Positions 55,086 through 64,000 of a stretch of DNA of 64,000 nucleotides are shown here, one piece after another. The notes below the pieces were generated by a model, which searched no databases, was not told where the DNA came from, and was given only the letters and a program-made list of their open reading frames with translations. A program made the translations under genes and the position numbers. Within the stretch, counting starts at the first letter, position 1. Each line of letters starts with the position of its first letter. The DNA is from Paramoeba atlantica. Its lineage: Eukaryota > Protista > Discosea. The stretch covers positions 62,001 through 126,000 of the forward strand of contig CDRNVI010000009.1 in the NCBI GenBank assembly GCA_977017575.1. The letters run 5' to 3'.

Positions 55086-56349
55086 GTAGTAAGATTTCGT
55101 ATTGGATATACAAATGTCATTAGAGATTTTTAAACGGCTTTGTATAATCGCCGTCGAAAGCAGCGAAAAATAAAAAGACATTTTTTTGACGACATTTTTA
55201 TTTTTCAAAACAATTCAAAAAAGAATTTGACACATCAAAGGTCGTGGAAAACGGCCGATAGTATTATGGATTACACTCATGGTCCCCAACCACGACCCGT
55301 CCTCTCGGACCACAGGTCAGGGTGTTTGACGGCACCGGAGTTGGATCACTCCCCTCCCACCCACTCCCCTCCCCGCCGAACATACCCCGTTCTTCCTATG
55401 TTACTCCTTGGGTATGGCCCACGAGTTCGCGGGCGCATGAACCCCTTATAATCTGGAAGAAGGAACCCTCTGCTGGTGTTTCCTCCCCATAGAGAGATTG
55501 ATCGACGTTTCTGGCTGGTCCATGGCCCTGTTTAGGAGCAACCTACATACATGTAGGTTGCTACATGTACATGCAGGTTACCTATGTAGAGGACGCATAG
55601 ATTCAACCACCGGTCCGTAAGCCCTTGTCGCCTTTGACACCGTACCGTATACTGTGAGATCCGCAGACAAGTGTTTTCAACCCAAGTACGCAGATCATAT
55701 CCAGAAAGCCGCAGTAGAGTGCACATTCTCAAGATATGTGTGTTTCTTCCCTGAAAACTTTTAGACCGGTTCCACCGCTGACATCCTTGAGCACATGAAT
55801 ATCACGGACCCACACTGTACTTGAAATTCATAAAATTAGGCGCCTCGATACCATGCTTACTTAGAAGAAGATCATGCTTAGCCGAAGATGTTGTGGGATT
55901 ACTGAGGAAGGTCTAAAAGAGAATCGCTTTTTAGGGTACATTTTTACCATAGCACCCCCCCAAAAAAAACAAGTAATAAGGGGAAAAATATAAAAAGGGG
56001 GAAAAAATCCAAAAAAGGGGGGGGGTCCATGAGGGGAGTCCATGGGGGTGTATCTACTTAGGGGGGGCCAAGGTCGAGTAAATGTTTTTGGAAAAAAATA
56101 ATTTTCGAAACAAACCCGCAGAAGGGGTAACCGGGGTCTTGGCGTGCATTTTCCATCCCCCTACCCGGAGGTGACCCCCCCCGCGTATCCGCAGTACAGG
56201 TCCGCCAAGTTCGCATTTCTTAGAGAAAAAGAATTTCGCCTTCGTTGAAAAATTGACGAAAATTCATTTTTTCAAAATTGTTGTTTCCCATAATGTATTT
56301 TGAGAGTTTGGGACCTATACTAGCTTTCTACGCCGCTGTTTTCACAAGA

Positions 56350-58476
56350 CATACCCCTTCCGGGTCGATGGGTAATTACCCATTAGCGGGTCTGTGCGGG
56401 TAAATTACCCAGGTCTGTGACCCAGTTACCCGCATAGACCCACACAGACCCGCATCGGCGCACTAGCCATTAAATACAAAATGATTTCCTCTCAAGTGTG
56501 CTGATTCGTAGGATTGGCACGGAATGCTCTATGTACAGAAAAGGTATCTTTAGCGATGAGGAATTCCTTTCATAAGAAGAATTCCCTCTACTGATTTGCT
56601 TCTGTCGCCCATCTATTTTTTTTTTTACCTTTTTTTTGGTGTGAACCCCCTAGGCCCACCGTAAGCCTACCCCCTAACACCGCGATGGTACCAATTCTAT
56701 TTTTTTTTTTTTGGCCAGTCGAGCTTACCCTCGAGTCCTAGCAAACTAAGGTGAAACTATAAAGAATCACCACATAGAAAACATTTATACGGCAGTGTAT
56801 GATACTGTGATACTATGCATGGCATTAATATCATATTAATAACAATAAAATACTATGCATTAATCATTACTGCATAATAGATTCATCTTCTTCGACATCA
56901 GATACTTCAACATCGCTACCATCCTGAGAAACACCTTCGTCCGGAAGAATATAACCCAATTTGTCGCAATTTCCACGCACGAAGATCTGGTGAGAAACGA
57001 CATCAGGAGCCAAGGAAGCCTGTGTGGAACTGTACATGTACCCGATTATAGACAGCCACGAATCTCATCTGTTAACTAAGGGAGGCGTCCATACGTAGTG
57101 CGTAGCCGCTTCGCAAACAGAGGGAAACATCTCACTTAAAAGCTTGACTCAAAGCTTTTTTAAAGGCGAAGCACGGCAGCTCTTCGTATGGTTTCAAGGC
57201 TGTTTGGCAAACATTGTTTAGCATATGTTCGATGCAAGATAGGAGAGTAATGCGCGGCACTCGAGAAGAAATACCGCGCAACAGCGCAGTCGTATCAGAC
57301 TCACCAATGAGTGTAATCGGATCGTATATTCGCTTGAGATCGCCTTCACAGTGGTTTCTGGCCACGTGATTTACAGCACCGCCGTCCGCAATAATGTATC
57401 TCATTTTGAGCAAACGAATTTCACCAAGGTTCGCCAGAAGAGTAGAAATCAACTGCTCAGCTGCCGTCTTTCAGTCAAAGGCACGATGCCTTGGAGAATA
57501 TATCGGTGGTAAGACACACTCTTCTGGCCCAACGTACAGCACAGACAACAAGACATGTTCAGCCTTTACCTTGTCAATGCCCGCGTCTACGGCAATTCCA
57601 TAGAGCTTACGCGAGTCTACGTCGGCAGAAAGTTTTCCCCATATGTCATGCGACAGCACTTCACAATAGTGGTGCCACTTCTTTAAATTTGTTCCCGGAA
57701 GGGCTCTTTTTATCATTGTTCCAGGTACATCAGGGCGTAAATCCTCGTACTTATGCACGAGCCAGACAAACCGATTAGAAGAAAGATTCGTTAGGGTCTG
57801 TAAGCATGGCAGTAGTTTTCCTACGAAGCGCTGTACAATTACTCCCTGATTATTTGCACTCTCCACCTGTGCCAATCGGGAATTTTCAAGAGATTTTGAG
57901 CACTCGCGGCGATGCTTGTGATACACATTTTTATAGGGAGAGTGAGATTCAAATGCGCATTCTTCCTTGGTACATATGAAATGAAGCTTTTGGCCCAAAG
58001 GATCGGTGAGAATATCTGTGTGTGTGTGGGTGCATCCGGGAGGACAGCGCACGAGCACGAATTGCCCAGATAAGGATTCTACTGTCATTTTGTGCCGTAT
58101 AGTATCGCGATGCTTCATTTTTTTTGACTCAGGGGTATTACCATCTTCAGTATCAGATGACGAAAATAATTCAGGCGTGCTAGGTGTCTGCTCTAATCGT
58201 CGTTGACGAGCCATGAGTACAGATAAGTTTAGGTAAGAAGAGATTAGTTAGTGCGATCAAACACAAGAGTAATATGATTATTGACTTCTTACTTAGCCAT
58301 AAAACACTTCACCATAAGGTCCGAAACAAAGATGCATGTTTATTTCCCGATGACAAGATTCAACAAACAGGTGTATACATGTATATGTAGCTTTCTAAGA
58401 CAACCTGTCAATGCGGGTCGGTGCGGGTAACTGGCTCGCAGACCCGGGTAATTACCCATTTACCCGACAGGGGTAT
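56350..58476 (-). mobile_element. Internally deleted hAT-family element with 6-bp TSD
   Basis: TIRs CATACCCCTTCCGGGTCGATGGGTAATTACCC / GGGTAATTACCCATTTACCCGACAGGGTATG. Perfect TSD ACAAGA at 56344-56349 and 58477-58482. Confidence 0.92.
56867..58214 (-). pseudogene. hAT transposase remnant homologous to 19392-23245
   Basis: GIAVDAG..EHVL..LPPIY, IIADG, CIEH and a C-terminal FPSV..HYVWTPPLV segment. Two TGA stops and a large internal deletion at ~57130. Confidence 0.88.
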
Positions 58477-58829
58477 GACAAGATACCCGTGCTTGGACAG
58501 TGGAATCTCCTCCTAAAATGGCCTATTTTTTTAGTAAAAAAGCGAAAAAGTAGTTTTCGAGCTGTACGGCTGAAGTCGCATTCTCTCTGGTGCGGAGTTA
58601 TGTGGCCCTGATCATAACACATAAATGGGTGCCCCCATAGTTATATGTCACGACTATTCGAGAAAAGATGACTTTGCTAAATATAAAAGGTGACATTGCT
58701 AACTAAAATACAGTAGTTACACAGATTGCTGCGCATCTTGTTACACAGACTGTATCAAGAAAGTGCATCGTCGAAGTCGTGTAGTCAGCGCGTGGTGCTT
58801 TCTGATAACTAGTAGTTGTACAGACATTG

Positions 58830-59549
58830 TCAAGAAGACGGTTCTACAGCTCTGTCGAAGTGTTCTTTGCCGAGGAATGAAATTCTACAAGGAAGAAGTA
58901 CGACTTTTTTTTCCGGTTTAGGTATGATACAGGTGTCCACGAGTGAAAAGGACCTCGGATTCGGAACGAATGGGTCGAAAAACAGTCGCATACAAAATAT
59001 TTCCAAAATCGAACAAAATACAAGACCTGTAGGGGGGGGGTAAAAGAGGCTGAACACTACTGTATATGAAATATTCAATGACAAACACTCAGTCGTAACA
59101 TTTCCCTCCAATTGCTCATTGTTGTGCAGCGTTAAGTCGGTCAATTTAACTGGAATTCGATCAAAATACACGTGACCACTGAATTCATTATTATCAAGCC
59201 TGAGCTCTTGCAGAGCGGAGGGTAAATGCCTTAGATCGGGTGTTCCCGTGAACGCATTATAAGCAAGATTTACCGAATACAGAGTGGATGGTAAGTTTGA
59301 GAGGTTTGCTGCGCCACTAAACTGGTTGTGACACAGACTTATTTGTTCCATTGTCAATGGAAGCTTATGTAGATCAACACTAGCCTCAAAACAATTGTTT
59401 TCCAACCACAGTTCTGTCAAGCCCTCTGGAAGATGTTGTAAATTAACGGGACCAGATAGTCTATTGTACGCCACCGCAACAATGGAGGAAGATACTGGCA
59501 AGCAGGCCAAATCTATACTTCCTTGGAAGTGATTTTCGCTGAAATACAT
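58830..59549 (-). CDS. 5'-truncated tandem duplicate of the adjacent LRR gene with a TIR-derived C-terminus
   Basis: ~58752-59575 repeats ~59590-60265. The frame runs through the Tc1 end at 58901-59062. Confidence 0.6.
   Translation of the reverse strand: MYFSENHFQGSIDLACLPVSSSIVAVAYNRLSGPVNLQHLPEGLTELWLENNCFEASVDLHKLPLTMEQISLCHNQFSGAANLSNLPSTLYSVNLAYNAFTGTPDLRHLPSALQELRLDNNEFSGHVYFDRIPVKLTDLTLHNNEQLEGNVTTECLSLNISYTVVFSLFYPPPTGLVFCSILEIFCMRLFFDPFVPNPRSFSLVDTCIIPKPEKKVVLLPCRISFLGKEHFDRAVEPSS
58901..59062. mobile_element. Solo end of the 49695-51257 Tc1 family
   Basis: Near-identical to 51100-51257, ending ...AACACTACTG|TA. Confidence 0.9.
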
Positions 59550-59721
59550 TTCATACAGGGAATGAGGTAATTTTTCTTCACTTCACTGTATCACGAAAGT
59601 GCATCATCGAAGTCTGTGTAGTCAGCGCGTGGTGCTTTCTGATAACTAAGAGTTGTACAGACACTGTCAAGAAGACGGTTCTACAGCTCTGTCGAGGTGT
59701 TCTTTGCCGAGGAATGAAATT

Positions 59722-60690
59722 CTACAAGGAAGAAGTACAAATTTTTGTGTTCCTTTTATATGAAATATTCAATGACAAACACTCAGGCGTAACGTTTCCC
59801 TCCAATTGTTTATTGTCGTGCAGCGTTAAGTCGGCCAATTCCTCTGGAATTCGATCTAAATACACGTGACCACTGAATTCATTATTATCAAGCCTGAGTT
59901 CTTGCAGAGCGGAGGGTAAATGCCTTAGATCGGGTGTTCCCGTGAACGCATTATAAGCAAGATTTACCGAATACAGAGTGGATGGCAAGTTTGAGAGGTT
60001 TGCTGCGCCACTAAACTGGTTGTGACACAGACTTATTTGTTCCAATTTCAATGGGAGCTTATCTAGATCAACACTACCCTCAAAATTATTGTTTCCCAAC
60101 CACAGTTCTGTCAAGCCCTCTGGAAGATGTTGTAAATTAACGGGACCAGAAAGTTCATTCTGTTCCGCAACAAAAATTATAGAACATGCTGGAAAGCAGG
60201 TCAAATCTATACTTCCTTTAAAGTTATTCCAGCTGAAATACATTTCTTCCATGGATTGGGGTAGGCTCTGTAAATTCAGAGCTCCGAAAAAATTGTTTCT
60301 TTGAATATCAAGCATTTGAAGTTGAGGAGGAAGGCCTTCAAAACTGACCTGCCCATCGAATTCACAACTTGAACAGTCGAAAGTAAGTAGGGAGTCCGGT
60401 AAATACTTCCAATGAATAGTTCCCTCTAAATTGGAACCCCGCCAAAAGATATCAATAACTTGCCCTTTATCATCACATGTGATTCGTTCCCACTCGCATG
60501 CCGGGGTCGTTACTTCCCATGATGGAAGTGGGCGTTTGATGCTTGACGTGAGTCGTACAAGTCCGTATTCTTGAGGTAACGTCGTCGTGTGTACTTTATT
60601 TGCGACGATTCCCTTCTTTCGCCGCTTTGGTGCGGGAGGTGTAATATCAGACAGCTGTGAGGGTAAAATCATTATCAACGCGTAAGGCAA
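59722..60690 (-). CDS. Leucine-rich repeat protein with an NLS-like motif
   Basis: 322 aa with PAPKRRKK, LPQEYGL, a CEWERITC cap and ~8 LRRs. Confidence 0.92.
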   Translation of the reverse strand: MPYALIMILPSQLSDITPPAPKRRKKGIVANKVHTTTLPQEYGLVRLTSSIKRPLPSWEVTTPACEWERITCDDKGQVIDIFWRGSNLEGTIHWKYLPDSLLTFDCSSCEFDGQVSFEGLPPQLQMLDIQRNNFFGALNLQSLPQSMEEMYFSWNNFKGSIDLTCFPACSIIFVAEQNELSGPVNLQHLPEGLTELWLGNNNFEGSVDLDKLPLKLEQISLCHNQFSGAANLSNLPSTLYSVNLAYNAFTGTPDLRHLPSALQELRLDNNEFSGHVYLDRIPEELADLTLHDNKQLEGNVTPECLSLNISYKRNTKICTSSL

Positions 60691-61463
60691 AGAGAAGGAA
60701 AAATGTAAAATTAAAATAATCTTAACGCTGTGGTTGGTTGCTTGTAACTCATCATTTCCTTAAATCTTGATCTTAGTTAGGATTAAACAGGAAAAAAAGA
60801 AACTCCCCACGACGAATAAGTCACCCCCCTCTTTTTTTGTACAACGAGGCTTAGGGGGGTTGCGGCACTTCTTTTTCGTTCAAAATTTTGAGATCTGCAC
60901 GTTCCCGCTGTTTTTAGACCTTTTCACAAATAAAAAATTAAAACACTTTTTTTTAATGAAGTGTGCCAATGTTACCCTGAAGTCATGCTAATGTTACCCG
61001 AAAAATCTCATGTTCCTCAGAACTCGACCTCGGGGGGGGAGAAGGGGGTCAACATGAAAATGGCGTCACAGATCTTCGCTAGGGGAACGAGATCTCTCGA
61101 TTGCAACAAAAATGAGCAAAAATGGCGAAACTGAAGCAAATTTCGTTTTTTTTCAGTTTTTGTCCATCAAATTCTCTGATCGTAGAAAATACTTCTCCAG
61201 AGATCGTACTCATATTTTCTTGAGTTTTTCGCTTCTTTTCGTCATTTTCAGTTACTTGGTCTATCTTTCCATGCCTTGCACGGGGTGTGTTGGGTTTGCT
61301 TGTCGGTGAAAGCTGACAATAAGTAAGATTGCAACTTGGACTGAAAGCCAGTCCGCAGTGCGTGGAGTGGCTACAAAATCATAAGTTGGTGGCACAAAAG
61401 GTCATACATTGGTCATATATTGTATGTTGCAAGCGAAATCACACGAGTGACCACACTATGTAA

Positions 61464-62626
61464 ATGAATGGTGAAAAATGGAAGTGCACGAAGTCTTGCA
61501 AAGGGATATATGAGAAGACGGGTCCACTGTTGCCGGACAGGGCGCAGCGAAGCACTAAACAAACACTGAAGTACATTGTACTTTACGTTCGGGGAAATAG
61601 ACATGAGGTGTCTGTTGCAGAGACGGAGCTCAGTGAGAAAACAATTATATCACTACGCCAGTGGATTGATTCCATCATGGCAACTTGTCATGTGCGTCGA
61701 CGCGCCCGACAAAGAGAGAGCGTCCACTCGATGCAGTGTGATGAAACTTTTTTCTCGGTTCGGAAACGTCACCGAGGTAGTCACGGTGCGAGGCGCGTGC
61801 GCGCAGAAGGTACGCAAGTACAGTGCGCCCAGATAGTAAAGTTTTTTTTAGTAGTTACCACCGATTTACTAAAAAAACTTAACTATTACTATTAACTAGA
61901 ACTACTAAAAAAACTTTACTATTTAGGAAAACCGTTTTTTGGGACTTTACTAACTGGGCAATCAATTGTCGTTGAAGCACAGAGAAAAACCTTTCTCTGT
62001 TTTTCAAACCTTGTTTTCGCTTTTCGAGACATGCCCAACGTCTCCCTTCGTCGTTTTTCGTCTTTTTCAATGGAACACTTTCCAACGCAAGTTGTATGCG
62101 AATGTCCGTTGTCAAAATTTACAAAAAAGAGAAAAACTCTAAAAAAAGGTAGCTACTAAAAAAACTTTACTATTTGGGAAAACCGTTTTTTGGGACTTTA
62201 CTAACTGGGCGCACTGTAGCCCAAACGGTTGCGGTGACGACTCGAAACAACAAGTTATCCGAAATTTTAATGCAAGTAGTACCAGATCGCACTTCCGGTT
62301 CTCTTGTCCCCGGAATTACAGAACTAGCCGCAGGAGAACGTACCAGAATTTGGACAGATGGCGCTTGTCACAATGTTTGTCTCGGGGAGAACTACAAGTG
62401 GGAAAGCGTAAACCACCGTCGACAGTGGGTCACAGAGGGAGGTGTGCACACAAACACTGTGGAGTGTGCGAACTCAATCCTCAAGAAGCGTTCAAAGCGT
62501 GATGGTGGTGTGTTGGGTCGGAAAGTCGCCCGGAGAGAAGATCGGGTGCAGGCCTACGCAGAGAAGGGAAGCGGAAGTTTGAAGTGTAATGGGGGGGATG
62601 CTTTGTTGCGCGTGCTTGAAAATTAG
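61464..62626 (+). pseudogene. Merlin (IS1595-like) transposase interrupted by a MITE
   Basis: WKCTKSC, QCDETFF..RKRHRG, IWTDG, VNHR and GVHTNTVE. The frame is restored (TQVAQTV) when 61821-62218 is removed. Confidence 0.88.
61821..62216. mobile_element. 396-bp Tc1/mariner-type MITE
   Basis: TA|CAGTGCGCCCAG...CTGGGCGCACTG|TA, with an internal duplicate of the right end at ~61897-61960. Confidence 0.9.
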
Positions 62627-64000
62627 AAGAGCATTGCGCTTGCGTGCATGTATAGTGTCCGCTTTTTAAGCCTAACGTTATTAGTTTAAGTTTTTCAACA
62701 TTTTTTGAGCAATTTTTAAACAGATTTATGAAAAAAACGAAAAAAAAAACGAATTTTGCTTCAGTTTAACCGCAAAAACAGATAACAAACATTCAATTTC
62801 TCAGGTGGTGGAATATTTGTCTTTTATTGGTTCTTTCTTGAAATGGTGAAATTCTTTTTTTCAGCTTTCCCTATTACTTTTTGCTTGAAGGGGCCTAAGG
62901 GGGTTAAGATATCACTTTCCCATTCAAAATTCTGAGATCTGCACGTTCCCGTCATTTTTAAATCAGTTAAAAAAATGAAAACAAAAACATAATTTTTGTT
63001 TCATTTTTTTGCATCGTCAAACCACACAATTTTGAGCAAACAAACACTCCGCGGCCAGGGGGCACAAGTGGGTCAATATTAAAAAAATGGCGGAAAAGCT
63101 ATTTGCTAGGAGAACGAGATCTCTCCTTCGCAACGAAAATCAGCAAAAACAGATAAAAATAATTGAATTTCTCATGGGAGGAAAAGATTTGAATACTTAA
63201 AATGTGAGAAATTGGTCTCTTGAAAGGTGTAAAGAAAGTGATAATACATCTATCGGATGCACGCATTTGAGAATTTTGTCTCCATGCTTTAACGCGCAAA
63301 GTCCTTGTCCCGGGATCTGCAAAATGCAACAAGAATGAGCTCAAACGGACACTTGGCTGAAAAGTTCGAGGGGGGTGACTTTTCGCTGTGGGGGGTTTAT
63401 AAATATTATTTAAAAATACTTGTATTTCTTATGCGGGCAGTAAATGTGAACGGGGGTGTAGGTGGAATTCAGCGAATTTTTCTCCAAAAAATAGAAGATT
63501 TTTTTATGTTCACATTTCGTATTTTTCAAGATTTTCGCATTTTTTTTACCAGAAAACTTTATTTCGTAAACCGATTGATCATCCAGAAGCTGGTCTAAGC
63601 CGCCTTCTGAATGGAAAACTCATGTATGATGCCCCACAGGTTGCACAGACTGAGGTTTCTGACCCCGAGAATTACAACATCAGTTGCAACCCACGTGGGA
63701 AAGGAAACCACTGGTCTGATATCTGTGGGTGGGTTCTTCGACTACGATACACCGATTATCACCATATCAGTCGGAACCCGCGTGGGGGAGGACAATATCC
63801 ATCCAATCCCTGCTTCAGTGGCAAGAGAGTCTCTTGACGTTCAGAGGGCTCCGCAAAATAACACACAAGGAAAACATGCAGATACATGCAGATATCTGCG
63901 TAGGGGGGTCGTCAAGGGAACTATCTACAGGCGATCGGGGCCTTAGAAATGGTGAGCAGAACTATATTATTTCCACAAAATAAAGGAAAACGAAAATACA

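Overview
This is eukaryotic nuclear DNA, most likely from a kinetoplastid of the Perkinsela/prokinetoplastid type (inference). Every recognisable host gene is intronless and on the minus strand, as in a polycistronic cluster: nine LRR-family genes or pseudogenes, two KAP/HMG-like basic proteins, mitochondrial bL21, poly(A) polymerase, a RAD23-like gene and one low-complexity ORF. Much of the rest is transposon-derived: Tc1/mariner elements and many TA-flanked MITEs, hAT elements with 8-bp and 6-bp TSDs, PIF/Harbinger, Merlin/IS1595, a CRE-clade non-LTR retrotransposon and an IS30-family element. A 15.3-kb four-level nest (15229-30498) can be reconstructed from target-site duplications and restored reading frames. 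Main highlights: (1) an intact, bacterial-type IS30 transposase element that has inserted into a eukaryotic hAT gene with a 3-bp TSD; (2) a CRE-type retrotransposon with three tandem 2A/StopGo-like motifs coupled to AT-hooks; (3) hAT elements with 6-bp TSDs and an apparent DDD triad; (4) two divergent Tc1-like transposases with D29E spacing. All homology calls are from motif recognition by eye; no database searches were run.
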